Source: Nitrospirota bacterium
GTDB taxonomy: Bacteria; Nitrospirota; UBA9217
Assembly (NCBI GenBank): GCA_963840455.1
Contig: CAWIYV010000014.1
Coordinates: 512,001 to 576,000 of the forward strand
Direction of reading: 5' to 3'
DNA length: 64,000 nucleotides
This document shows, in pieces, positions 49,702-60,694 of this stretch (positions are counted from its first letter, which is position 1; each line of letters opens with the position of its first letter). The notes beneath the pieces were generated by a model. It was not told where the DNA came from and ran no database searches. It was given only the letters and a program-made list of their open reading frames with translations. The translations under genes and the position numbers were made by a program.

Positions 49702-49967
49702 ATGATCAAGACGCTTTCTTCATTGCTTGCCGTTCTTCTTTTCGCCCTGATCCTCTTGCCGGCCGCGAAAGCCAGGCGATCATCTATGCATGGGTGAACA
49801 AGAAGGGCATCCTGACCCTTACCGATGATCTGCAGAGGGCCACCAAGCGGCACCGGGCATCGGCGGTCATTGTGAACGGGCACAGGGTCGATGAAAGATC
49901 TGGCGAGGAACGGGCGAGACTCACAGAGATCGAGAAGAAGTTCAACGATAGGGAGCAGAAGAGGTAG
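49702..49967 (+). pseudogene. Frameshifted DUF4124-like secreted protein
   Basis: Signal peptide in one frame; IIYAWVNKKGILTLTDD continues in another frame from ~49773. Confidence 0.55.
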
Positions 49968-49974
49968 GCAAGGG

Positions 49975-51372
49975 TTACGCTTTCTCCGTCACCAGTTTGA
50001 TCGCGGCATGGACAATGTCCAGCATCCGCCCCAGCTCCTGTGGGGACATGGAGAGCGGTGGCATGAGCACAATGACATTACCAAGGGGCCGGATGATGAG
50101 GCCGTTCTTGCGGCATTCCTGCACCACCCGGATGCCGATCTTGTCATCAAGCAAATAGGGCTCCTTGGTGAGCCTGCTCTTCACTAACTCGATACCCACC
50201 ATAAAGCCCTTCTGCCTCGCCTCGCCGACGTGGGCGAGCTTCCTCAACTCTGACAAACCTTTCGCGAGCAGCTTGATCTTCGGCTGAAGCCGCTGGAGTG
50301 TCTTCTCTTTCCGGAACAGGTCGATGTTCGCAGCCGCCGCAGCGCAGGCAAGGGGATTGCCGGTGTAGGTGTGGCCGTGGAAAAAGGTCCGGAGGTGCCG
50401 GTGTTCACCGAGGAACGCCAGGTAGATCTCCTCCGTGGTCAGGGTCGCTGCAAGCGGCAGGTAGCCGCCGGTAATGCCTTTTGCCACAGCCATGATGTCG
50501 GGGACAACCTTTTCCTGTTCGCAGGCGAACATCGTGCCGGTCCTGCCGAAACCCGTCGCCACTTCGTCCGCGATCATCAGGATGTTGTTCCGGGTGCAAA
50601 TGTCGCGGATGCGTTTCAGGAACCCCGGCGGCTGCAGGAGCATGCCCGCGGCACCCTGGACCAGAGGTTCGATGATCAGGGCCGCGGAAACGGACGCGAA
50701 CTTCTGGATCGTACGCTCGGCATGCATGAGGCAGGTCATCTGGCACAAGGGATAGGTGAGGCCGAACTTGCAGCGGTAGCAGTAGGGGGATTCGATCCTG
50801 CGCGCCTGGAACAGGAGCGGTCGGTAGAGGGAATGGAAGAGAGCGATGCCGCCTACGCTGACAGAGCCGAGGGTATCGCCATGGTAGGCCTCGGTGAGGG
50901 ACAGGAAGCCGGTCTTGCGCTGGAACTCGGGGCCCTTCTGCTGCCAGTACTGGAAGGCGATCTTGAGGGCCACCTCTACCGCCGTGGAGCCGTTGTCGGA
51001 ATAAAAGACGCGGGAAAGCCCTTTCGGTGCTATGGCGACCAACTTCTCGCCAAGCAGGACCGCAGGGACGTTCGAGAGACCGAGCAAGGTGGAATGGGCG
51101 ATCTTTTTGAGTTGCCTTGAAACGGCCTGGTCGATCTCCTTCTTGCGGTGGCCGTGCACCGTGACCCAGAGGGATGATATCCCGTCGAGATAGCGCTTTC
51201 GCCGGGTGTCGACAAGCCAGCTTCCCTTGCCGCTCTCGATGATGACCTGCGGTTCCTTTTCCCAGTCCTGCATCTGGGTGAAGGGATGCCAGAGGTACTT
51301 CTTGTCCAGCTGTTCGAGCCTGTTCTTGGCGGAGGACAGCGGTGGTTTCGTGGCCGTTTTTTTCTTCGGCAT
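49975..51372 (-). CDS. bioA: DAPA aminotransferase
   Basis: LWHPFTQM, YHGDT, DEVATGFGRTG and AKGITGGY. Confidence 0.93.
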   Translation of the reverse strand: MPKKKTATKPPLSSAKNRLEQLDKKYLWHPFTQMQDWEKEPQVIIESGKGSWLVDTRRKRYLDGISSLWVTVHGHRKKEIDQAVSRQLKKIAHSTLLGLSNVPAVLLGEKLVAIAPKGLSRVFYSDNGSTAVEVALKIAFQYWQQKGPEFQRKTGFLSLTEAYHGDTLGSVSVGGIALFHSLYRPLLFQARRIESPYCYRCKFGLTYPLCQMTCLMHAERTIQKFASVSAALIIEPLVQGAAGMLLQPPGFLKRIRDICTRNNILMIADEVATGFGRTGTMFACEQEKVVPDIMAVAKGITGGYLPLAATLTTEEIYLAFLGEHRHLRTFFHGHTYTGNPLACAAAAANIDLFRKEKTLQRLQPKIKLLAKGLSELRKLAHVGEARQKGFMVGIELVKSRLTKEPYLLDDKIGIRVVQECRKNGLIIRPLGNVIVLMPPLSMSPQELGRMLDIVHAAIKLVTEKA

Positions 51373-51521
51373 GGTCTGCTCCCGGGGAGGCTGGTGATCT
51401 TCTGGTATTATATTTCATCCCGAGGCGGTGTCAATCAGAAAAAGGGCTTGAAAACATTCGATTCTTTTTGGTACAATACCCTGCTCTACCGGTAACGCAA
51501 AGCCAATGGAGGGTCGTTCTC

Positions 51522-53012
51522 ATGAATAGGAAACGTTTTTATCTTTCTGCTGCATTCATTCTCATCATCGGGGTGTTCGTCGGCCTCGCGCTCTCGTCAC
51601 GTCTCGAGATGACTTCGCCGCTGACGGCCAAGAGCCAGGTGTCGTCACGCTCGGTGGAGACGCTGTCCCAGCTCTCCGACGCACTCTCCGAGGTGGCGGG
51701 CGTGGCCACGCCGTCGGTGGTGAACATCTCGTCGACCCGTGTGATCAAGCAGAGCGAGCAGGCGCCCTATGATTTCTTCGACGACCCCTTCTTTCGCAGG
51801 TTCTTCGGGGACCAGCTTCCCCGGCCCAACGCCCCGAAGGAGCAAAAGGAACAGAGCCTGGGCTCCGGCGTGATCGTGTCCGAGGACGGCTACATCGTCA
51901 CGAACAACCACGTCATCGAGAAGTCCCAGGAGATCAAGGTCCTGCTGTCCAACAAGCGGGACTACAAGGCCAAACTCATCGGCGCCGACCCTAAGACCGA
52001 CATCGCAGTCATCAAGATCGAGGCGACCGGGCTCACGGCCCTGCCCTGGGGCGACTCCACCAAACTGCGCGTCGGCGAGATCGTGTTTGCCATCGGCAAT
52101 CCCTTCGGTCTGAACCAGACCGTGACCATGGGCGTCATCGGCGCTGTCGGCCGGGCCAACGTGGGCATCGCCGACTACGAGGACTTCATCCAGACCGATG
52201 CTGCAATCAATCCGGGCAACTCCGGCGGCGCGCTCATTAATGCCCGGGGCGAACTGGTCGGGATCAACACCGCCATCGTCTCGCGCACCGGCGGCTATCA
52301 GGGCATCGGCTTTGCCGTGCCGAGCAGCATGGCCCGGCAGGTGATGGAGAGTCTCATCAAGTACAAGAAGGTCGTCCGCGGCTGGCTCGGCGTGAGCATC
52401 CAGGAGGTCACCTCGGACCTTGCCGAGGAGTTCGGTGTGAAGGACCTGAAGGGCGCCCTCGTGAGCGGCGTGATGAAGGGAAGTCCTGCCGAGAAGGCGG
52501 GACTCAAGCAGGGAGACGTGATCCTCAAGTTCAACGGCAAGGATGTGGAAGACACGGGTCACCTCCGCAACATGGTTTCCCAGAGCCCCATCGGGACCAA
52601 GGTCAAAGTAAAGGTATTCCGCGCCAAGAAGGAACTCGAGATCGAGGTGACGATCGCCGAACTGCCCAAGAAAGCAGGAGAGGCAGCGACCGAGGATGAA
52701 CCCGGCGAGAACCAGGAGGAGAGCAACGCGCTCTCGGGCGTGACGGTGCGCGAGCTGACCCCCGAGCTTGCAAAACGCTTTGGCGCCAAGGAGGGAGACT
52801 CCGGCTTGGTAGTGGTCAGGGTCGACCCGAGCAGCAAGGCCTTCGAAGTGGGCATCCGGCCTGGTGACATCGTTCTGCAGATCAACCAAAAGGACATTGC
52901 GACGATCGAGGACTACAAAAAGGTCATCGCGAAGCTGAAGGCCAAGGAGAGGATCCTGCTTCTTGTCCGCAGGAAGGGCGAAGACCTCTTCCTGACGATC
53001 CGGCCGGAGTAG
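51522..53012 (+). CDS. Do/DegP/DegQ serine protease with two PDZ domains
   Basis: TNNHV and TDAAINPGNSGG. Confidence 0.95.
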   Translation: MNRKRFYLSAAFILIIGVFVGLALSSRLEMTSPLTAKSQVSSRSVETLSQLSDALSEVAGVATPSVVNISSTRVIKQSEQAPYDFFDDPFFRRFFGDQLPRPNAPKEQKEQSLGSGVIVSEDGYIVTNNHVIEKSQEIKVLLSNKRDYKAKLIGADPKTDIAVIKIEATGLTALPWGDSTKLRVGEIVFAIGNPFGLNQTVTMGVIGAVGRANVGIADYEDFIQTDAAINPGNSGGALINARGELVGINTAIVSRTGGYQGIGFAVPSSMARQVMESLIKYKKVVRGWLGVSIQEVTSDLAEEFGVKDLKGALVSGVMKGSPAEKAGLKQGDVILKFNGKDVEDTGHLRNMVSQSPIGTKVKVKVFRAKKELEIEVTIAELPKKAGEAATEDEPGENQEESNALSGVTVRELTPELAKRFGAKEGDSGLVVVRVDPSSKAFEVGIRPGDIVLQINQKDIATIEDYKKVIAKLKAKERILLLVRRKGEDLFLTIRPE

Positions 53013-53062
53013 CCCCGCGAGGTTCGCCCGGGCGTTGACCTGTCAATCCTCAGATGGCATGC

Positions 53063-53122
53063 TTATTCTGATCGCTTGCTGACCCCCGGCAAACTGCGGG
53101 GAATGTGCTCGCTCCTGGATTC
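53063..53122 (+). repeat. Half copy of the ~112-bp repeat
   Basis: TTATTCTGATCGCTTGCTG...GGGGAATGTGCTCGCTCCTGGATTCA. Confidence 0.8.
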
Positions 53123-53167
53123 ATACATACGTGAATATAATTCTTCTATAAAGGAGGTGAGTTCATA

Positions 53168-54187
53168 ATGGGTCTTGTCCTTATTCGTATCATTTTTGTC
53201 TTTATCGGGACGCTTCTGGGTTATTACGTCTCGACGCAGCTCGACGAACAGATCAGCAAGGTGGAGGGCATGGCCATTGGGTTCGCCGTGGCCATCAGCA
53301 TCATCCTGACCGAGTTCCTCTTCCGGCGGGTGGCCCTTAAGGTCATCATCGGCGGCATCCTGGGATTCATCATCGGTCTTACGTCCGCAAATATCATTGC
53401 CGCGCCGTTGAAGCTCGTGCCGCTGGAACGGAGCATCGTGAACTTCCTGGTCCTGCTCATGAACGCGTTCTTCGGCTACATGGGCGTGACCATCGGCATC
53501 CGGGAAGGGGAGCGGTTCAACCCGGCGAACATCAAAAAGCTCTTCAAGGGAGGAGCAGACGAGAACCTCAAGATCCTCGACACCAGCGTGATCATCGACG
53601 GCAGGATCGCCGACGTGTGCGAGACGGAGTTCCTCGACGGCACGCTCATCATCCCGCAGTTCATCCTGCAGGAGCTGCAGCACATTGCAGATTCCTCGGA
53701 CTCTCTCAAGCGCGCCCGCGGCAGAAGGGGGCTCGACATCCTTCACCGCATCCAGAAGATGGGCCACATGGAGGTCCGGATCGTCGATGACGACTTCCCC
53801 AAGATCCGCGAGGTGGACAGCAAGCTCATCGCGCTCGCCAAACGCATGGGCGCCAAGGTCATCACCAATGATTTCAACCTGAACAAGGTTGCCGAGCTGC
53901 AGGGCGTGACAGTGCTGAACATCAACGACCTGTCGAACGCCGTGAAGCCGGTGGCGCTGCCGGGCGAGACCATGCGCGTATTTGTGTTGAAGGAAGGCAA
54001 AGAACCCGGCCAGGGCGTTGCCTACCTCGACGACGGCACCATGATCGTAGTGGAGAACGGCAGGCGGTTCATCAGCAAGAACGTGGAGGTCTCGGTAACG
54101 AGCGTGCTCCAGACCGCGGCGGGCAGGATGATCTTCACCCGGCTCAAGGAGGACGCGGAGCACGAACTGCAGGGCGCGGAGCGGTAG
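53168..54187 (+). CDS. Membrane PIN/TRAM domain protein (YacL-like)
   Basis: [24 protein letters not shown] and YLDDGTM. Confidence 0.93.
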   Translation: MGLVLIRIIFVFIGTLLGYYVSTQLDEQISKVEGMAIGFAVAISIILTEFLFRRVALKVIIGGILGFIIGLTSANIIAAPLKLVPLERSIVNFLVLLMNAFFGYMGVTIGIREGERFNPANIKKLFKGGADENLKILDTSVIIDGRIADVCETEFLDGTLIIPQFILQELQHIADSSDSLKRARGRRGLDILHRIQKMGHMEVRIVDDDFPKIREVDSKLIALAKRMGAKVITNDFNLNKVAELQGVTVLNINDLSNAVKPVALPGETMRVFVLKEGKEPGQGVAYLDDGTMIVVENGRRFISKNVEVSVTSVLQTAAGRMIFTRLKEDAEHELQGAER

Positions 54188-54295
54188 CGGCATGCGAAAC
54201 ATGCCGAATTCACAATTCAAGGTTCAAAATCTAAAATAGCGGAATGTCTTTTTTGAATTTTTCATTTTACGTTTTGAATTCTTTCAGGAGGAAAG

Positions 54296-55048
54296 ATGTC
54301 AGGGCATTCAAAGTGGGCAACGACAAAGCATAAGAAGGCCGCTACTGATGCAAAGCGCGGCAAGATCTTCACCAAGATCACCAAGGAGATCACCGTGGCG
54401 GCCAAGCTGGGCGGCGGCGACCCCGACGGCAATCCCCGGCTCCGTACCGCTGTGGCCAAGGCCAAGAGCGTGAGCATGCCGGCGGAGAACATCAAACGGG
54501 CCATCCAGAAAGGCACCGGTGAGCTGCCCGGCGTGTCCTACGAGGAGATAACGTACGAGGGATACGGCCCGAACGGCGTGGCGATCATCGTCGAGGTCCT
54601 GACGGACAACCGGAACAGGACGGTCTCCGAGATCCGCAATATCTTCAGCAAGGCCGGTGGCAACATGGGTGAGACTGGCTGTGTCTCCTGGATGTTCCAT
54701 AAGAAAGGGTACATTGTCGTGGCCCGTGCCAAGTCAGACGAAGAGAAGCTCATGAGCCTGGCGCTGGACGCCGGTGCTGAGGACATGCAGACCGAGGATG
54801 ACAACTTCGTCATCACTACGGCGCAGAGCGATTTTGAAAAGGTCAAGAAAGCGCTCGAGGACGCTGGCATTCCGCTCGAGGTCGCCGAGGTCACGATGGT
54901 TCCCCAGACCTACGTGAAGATCGACGGGGAAAAGGTCGCCGGGCAGATGATGCGACTCATGGAGGCCATCGAGGACAACGACGACGTGCAGAATGTGTAC
55001 GCGAACTTCGACATCCCCGACGAAGTGATGAACGCGGTGAGCGCGTAG
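54296..55048 (+). CDS. yebC: YebC/PmpR family protein
   Basis: [16 protein letters not shown] and TDNRNRT. Confidence 0.95.
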   Translation: MSGHSKWATTKHKKAATDAKRGKIFTKITKEITVAAKLGGGDPDGNPRLRTAVAKAKSVSMPAENIKRAIQKGTGELPGVSYEEITYEGYGPNGVAIIVEVLTDNRNRTVSEIRNIFSKAGGNMGETGCVSWMFHKKGYIVVARAKSDEEKLMSLALDAGAEDMQTEDDNFVITTAQSDFEKVKKALEDAGIPLEVAEVTMVPQTYVKIDGEKVAGQMMRLMEAIEDNDDVQNVYANFDIPDEVMNAVSA

Positions 55049-55126
55049 TGGAGAGCCGACAGCTCCTGGCGGGAGCTGCTGCCAGGGGTCACGAACGATG
55101 AGCTACGGGCCATCGAGGGGGAGATC

Positions 55127-55651
55127 ATGAGGGTGCTGGGTATCGATCCGGGGACGCTCACGAGCGGGTACGGCATCGTTTCCGAAGAAGACCACAAGCT
55201 GTTCCACATCGTGTCGGGCGGCATCAGCCCGTCGGCGAAACAGCCTTTTCCGAAGCGGCTCAAGAAGATCTACGAGGAGCTGGAGAAGATCATCGAGAAG
55301 TACAAGCCCCACGTGGTCGTGGTGGAGGACCTGTTCGTGTCGCACAACATCAAGGCGGCGCTCAAACTGGGACACGCGCGGGGTGTTGCGATCCTTGCGG
55401 CGGTGAACGCGGGCATCCCGGTGTTCGAGTACGCGCCCACGGAAGTGAAGCAGGCGGTGGTGGGAACGGGCAAGGCCGACAAGAAGCAGGTCCAGGCGAT
55501 GGTAAAGGCGCTGCTGGAACTTCCCAAGGCGCCCCATCCGGCCGATGCGGCGGACGCCCTTGCCGCGGCCATCTGCCACATCCATTCCTCCCGCATGCGG
55601 GAGATGCTGAAAAGCTCCTCTTCCCTCAAGGGGACGGGCAGAACGCGATGA
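55127..55651 (+). CDS. ruvC: Holliday junction resolvase
   Basis: LGIDPG and DAADALAAAICH. Confidence 0.96.
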   Translation: MRVLGIDPGTLTSGYGIVSEEDHKLFHIVSGGISPSAKQPFPKRLKKIYEELEKIIEKYKPHVVVVEDLFVSHNIKAALKLGHARGVAILAAVNAGIPVFEYAPTEVKQAVVGTGKADKKQVQAMVKALLELPKAPHPADAADALAAAICHIHSSRMREMLKSSSSLKGTGRTR

Positions 55652-56253
55652 TCGCCTGGTTGAGGGGGGCTGTTCAGCGCAAGACGGCCGACTCAGTCAT
55701 CATCGATGTCTCCGGTGTGGGCTACCTGGTGTCCATACCGGTGTCCACGCTCGGCGCGGTCCCCGAGCCCGGGGAAGAGATCAGCCTCCACATCCATACC
55801 CACCTCCGCGAGGATTCCCTCAGCCTCTTCGGTTTTGCCACGGAACTGGAGAAGGGGCTTTTCCAGCTCCTATTGGGCGTTTCCGGCATAGGGCCGAAGC
55901 TTGCTCTATCGGTCCTGTCGGGACTCTCGGCGCAGGACCTTCTGGCCGCCATCGGGTCGTCTGATGATGCGAAGCTCTGCTCAATCCCCGGCATAGGCAA
56001 AAAGACGGCTGCGCGGCTCTGCCTTGAGCTCAAAGACAAGGTCCGGCAGCTGGTGCCGGAAGCTCGGCTGCAGACCGGGGCCGGTGCATCTGTCCTGTCC
56101 GGGCATCTTGATGATGCTGTCTCCGCGCTTGTCAACCTGGGCTACAAGAGGCCCGTTGCCGAGGATGCCGTGAAGAAGATCGACCAGGGCCGCCCGGACC
56201 TCCGCATCGAGGACCTGATCCGGGAAGCCTTGAGCACGTTGATGAAACGATAG
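55648..56253 (+). CDS. ruvA: Holliday junction branch migration protein A
   Basis: VSGIGPK, IPGIGKKTA and ALVNLGY. Confidence 0.96.
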   Translation: MIAWLRGAVQRKTADSVIIDVSGVGYLVSIPVSTLGAVPEPGEEISLHIHTHLREDSLSLFGFATELEKGLFQLLLGVSGIGPKLALSVLSGLSAQDLLAAIGSSDDAKLCSIPGIGKKTAARLCLELKDKVRQLVPEARLQTGAGASVLSGHLDDAVSALVNLGYKRPVAEDAVKKIDQGRPDLRIEDLIREALSTLMKR

Positions 56254-56341
56254 CATACCAGCCGCTCACCGGCTGTCCGATGCCGCCGGTCGGGAGGATA
56301 GCCGCAGACCTCCGTCTGCGTGAAGGGACCAAGGAAGAACG

Positions 56342-57361
<1,020 letters not shown>

Positions 57362-57558
57362 ATACAAAAGAATCAATTTATCATAAGATGGCAAGAACAG
57401 TTCACCGCGAAGATGCGAAGTGCGCGTAGAAAATCTTATGGTTGGATTTCTCAAAGCATGAAAGCCTTGGCGACCTTCGCGCCTTGGCGGTTCAAAGGTT
57501 TTGATTCTGCCTTGTCCGGGACAGGGTATCGCTGGATTACGCGAGGAAACCGAAGATC

Positions 57559-57780
57559 ATGAAAAAAGACCGCGCAAGACCGGGAGACAAGGCCGAGGAC
57601 AAGGCGCTGCCGGTCGCTGCGTCATCCCGGCCGTTCCTGTACTATCTGGTCGCCACGGCGATGGTCTGCGGTGCCCTGGTCATGGTCATCGAGATCCTGG
57701 GCTCACGCGTCACCGGACCGTTCTTTGGCGCCAGCTTCTTCGTCTGGACATCGCTGATCACGGTGACGCTGGTCGCATGA
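57559..57780 (+). pseudogene. N-terminal fragment of a fused MFS/spermidine-synthase-like membrane protein
   Basis: GALVMVIEILGSRVTGPFFGASFFVWTSLITVTLVA*, stopping after two TM helices. Confidence 0.65.
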
Positions 57781-58307
57781 ACATCCTATTTCATATCTGC
57801 TGCGCTCCCTGCGCCATCTATCCGCTGTCCCGTCTGCGCAAGCAGGGGTTCTCCGTCCAGGGATACTTTTACAATCCCAATATCCATCCTTACCTTGAAT
57901 ACCAGAAGCGCATGAGCACGGTGCAGGAATTCTCGGCCCGCGCGGGCCTGTCTGTATCGTACCGGGATGGATACGATCTTGACGAGTTCATCATTCGCGT
58001 CGCGGGAAAAGGTAAGGGGCGATGCGAGCAGTGCTACCGGATGAGGCTTGATGCAGCGGCAGCGGAAACCAACAGGAGCGGGTCCAGTCTGTTCACGACC
58101 TCGCTGCTGTACAGTAAATACCAGAACCACGATCTCATCCGGGCCGTGGCAGAGGAAATGGCCCGGGAGCACCGGGTCGAGCTCTACTACGAGGATTTCC
58201 GACAAGGCTGGCGCGAGGGGATCGTGGAGTCGAAGGCCATGGGACTCTATCGCCAGCAGTACTGCGGGTGCGTCTATAGTGAGCGGGATAGATATAAAAG
58301 CAGATGA
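57777..58307 (+). CDS. queH: Epoxyqueuosine reductase
   Basis: HICCAPC, YNPNIHP, RCEQCY and YRQQYCGC. Confidence 0.92.
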   Translation: MNILFHICCAPCAIYPLSRLRKQGFSVQGYFYNPNIHPYLEYQKRMSTVQEFSARAGLSVSYRDGYDLDEFIIRVAGKGKGRCEQCYRMRLDAAAAETNRSGSSLFTTSLLYSKYQNHDLIRAVAEEMAREHRVELYYEDFRQGWREGIVESKAMGLYRQQYCGCVYSERDRYKSR

Positions 58308-58383
58308 GGCCGATGGCAGTCACAAGAGGATGAACAGCGCTGCATCAGTATCAGTCCGCTTGCACCAAAATCTGAAATGGCAT

Positions 58384-59475
58384 ATGCATGTGAATAAAAG
58401 CTGCGTGAAAATCTGTTTCGCTGTCCTGATCCTGCTCTCAGCAAAACCCTCCCTTGCCGAGAACATCCGCGTGGCGATCGCGGACAACCAGCGGTTGGTG
58501 ACGCTTCAGACCGCCGCGGGTCTTCGGATCGAGGGCTCTCCCGGCCATCGCCAGGAGAAGGCGGTCACCTTTCGGGCGGCCGATATGGGACGCCAACCCG
58601 TTCGCGTTTCGTCTTCGGGCGAACAGGTCAAGGTGAACGGCAAGGCGTACCGCGGCACGATTGAGATACGAAAAAAAGGGAACGGCACGCTCCTCGTCAT
58701 CAACGACCTCGACTTGGAGTCCTATCTCCTGGGCGTGGTCGCCGCGGAGATCCCTGCTGACTGGGAAATGGAGGTACTGAAGGCGCAGGCTGTGGCATCG
58801 CGCACCTATGCGCTGTATCAAAAGCAGAATGCCGGCAGGCGGCTCTATCACATCCTGGCGACCGTGGACAGCCAGATGTACCTGGGAAAGCGGGGAGAGC
58901 GGCAGCGCGCGGCTCAGGCGGTCAAAGAGACTCGGGGCATGATCATCACCTATCATGGCGAGGTGATCCCCGCATTCTACCATGCAAGCTGTGGCGGACA
59001 TACCGAGGACGCCCTTGTGCTGTGGGGCATCGATGAGCCCTATCTCAAAGGCGTCGATTGTGATTGCCAGAACATCTCCACGTACGGTTCGTGGGAGAAG
59101 CGGGTGACGATGGCGGGCATCATTCGGGCCTTGGGCCGGGAAGGGTATCGGCTGGGAAAGGTCAACAGCGTCGAGATCGGCACGCTGACCGCTGCGGGTC
59201 GGGTAAAGAACGTGCTGTTCCGCCATGCGGGCGGGACAACATCGGTCCCCGCGGAGACCCTCCGGGCGACGCTAGGATATTCTTCGCTTCCCAGCATATT
59301 TTTTGAACCGGAGATCATTGGTCGGGAGGTCGTGCTGTCCGGCCGGGGCCTTGGTCACGGTGTCGGGCTTTGCCAGTGGGGCGCAAAGGAGATGGCGCGG
59401 ACCGGCGCTGATTATCAGGCCATCCTTGCCTATTACTACCCCGGGACCGCTCTTGCCCGGAGGGGAGTGCGCTGA
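58384..59475 (+). CDS. SpoIID/LytB domain protein
   Basis: YLLGVVAAE, LKAQAVASRTY and GHGVGLCQWGA. Start approximate. Confidence 0.92.
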   Translation: MHVNKSCVKICFAVLILLSAKPSLAENIRVAIADNQRLVTLQTAAGLRIEGSPGHRQEKAVTFRAADMGRQPVRVSSSGEQVKVNGKAYRGTIEIRKKGNGTLLVINDLDLESYLLGVVAAEIPADWEMEVLKAQAVASRTYALYQKQNAGRRLYHILATVDSQMYLGKRGERQRAAQAVKETRGMIITYHGEVIPAFYHASCGGHTEDALVLWGIDEPYLKGVDCDCQNISTYGSWEKRVTMAGIIRALGREGYRLGKVNSVEIGTLTAAGRVKNVLFRHAGGTTSVPAETLRATLGYSSLPSIFFEPEIIGREVVLSGRGLGHGVGLCQWGAKEMARTGADYQAILAYYYPGTALARRGVR

Positions 59476-59583
59476 TCTGATGGGTCTCACCATTAAGGGC
59501 TATTCGCGTCTGAAAATATCGTCGCAATATGCTATAGTAGCAGCCAATCTCTCTCTGCGCTAAGATACAAGGAACGAACATTC

Positions 59584-60375
59584 ATGGAAAAAAAACAGGG
59601 ACGAACTACGGTAAAAAAACAGACGATGCAGGCTCAAGCGCCTCTGTCCAAGACCGCGGTGATCGCTACGATCCTCCTCGCGCTGTATACCGGCTATTTT
59701 ACTGCATCGTCGTTCCGGAGGAACAGCATCTACCACAATCCCGTGACGCTCTGGAAGAGCGCGGTGCAGAGCGCGCCTGACAAGCGGCGCACTCACGAGA
59801 ATTACGGCCAGGCGCTCTCCACGGCAGGCCTGCTGCAGGAGGCCCTGACGCAGTTCAAGACCGTCCTTGCTCTTCCCGACGACGGGAGCGTACCGATGCG
59901 CGACGTGCTTCGGGAGATCGGGGTGGTCCATTTCCGGCTCGGCCAGATCGATGAATCGATAGCCTCCTGGAAGAAGGGGCTTGAATATGCCAATATGGAC
60001 CCGGGCCTGCTGAACAACATTTCCATCGCCCTGATGCGGCAGAACCGGCTCGACGAGGCCCTCGCCTACGCGGAATCGGCGCGTCGGATGAACCCCTATA
60101 TGCCGGAGCCCGCGAACACCCAGGGAGAGATCTACATGGCGAAAAAGGAATATGCCAAGGCCGCGGAGAGCTTCCTGATCTTTCTGCAGCTCCGGCCGGA
60201 GGATTCTCGCGGATACTGGAACGCTGCCCTGGCGTTCGAAAGGGCAGGGGACTATGAGAAGGCTTTGCGGTTCGCCAACCAGTTCCTTGCCATGGAGCCG
60301 GACCCAAAGTATCGGCAGGCGGCAATGCAGTTGGTAAACAGTTTGAACAGCAGAATGGGTGCCGTGAGGAAATGA
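59584..60375 (+). CDS. Membrane-anchored TPR protein
   Basis: TM helix, RNSIYHNPVTLW and TPR repeats. Confidence 0.82.
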   Translation: MEKKQGRTTVKKQTMQAQAPLSKTAVIATILLALYTGYFTASSFRRNSIYHNPVTLWKSAVQSAPDKRRTHENYGQALSTAGLLQEALTQFKTVLALPDDGSVPMRDVLREIGVVHFRLGQIDESIASWKKGLEYANMDPGLLNNISIALMRQNRLDEALAYAESARRMNPYMPEPANTQGEIYMAKKEYAKAAESFLIFLQLRPEDSRGYWNAALAFERAGDYEKALRFANQFLAMEPDPKYRQAAMQLVNSLNSRMGAVRK

Positions 60376-60680
60376 ACCAGGAGAACAGTGGTAAAGATAA
60401 ATTAATCGTCCACCCGTGAGGTCCAGAAAAGGCTGCCGCTAGGCGAGAAGTCGGACGATTTCTTTTTCGACAGCGAGATGCTGGCTCAGGCCGCGTACTT
60501 CGCTGTCTGGAGAAATGCTTTGCGGAAGCCTCCTCCATCACTTCGACCTCAGTACGAAGTACGGCTTCGGCGTCCTGGGGACGACGCTGAAGTTCGTTCT
60601 TCAGAAAAAGGGGATTGGCACACGCGGCGATGTTCTGCCGCACAAAAAGGAAGATCTCGGGGCCGGATGCCCTCATGACG
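60372..60680 (+). pseudogene. Internally deleted glycosyltransferase family 2 remnant
   Basis: Fragments across frames: SDDFFFDSEMLAQAAYF, AEASSI and KYGFGVLGTTLKFVLQK. Confidence 0.55.
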
Positions 60681-60694
60681 CGAGGGAGGAAGGC

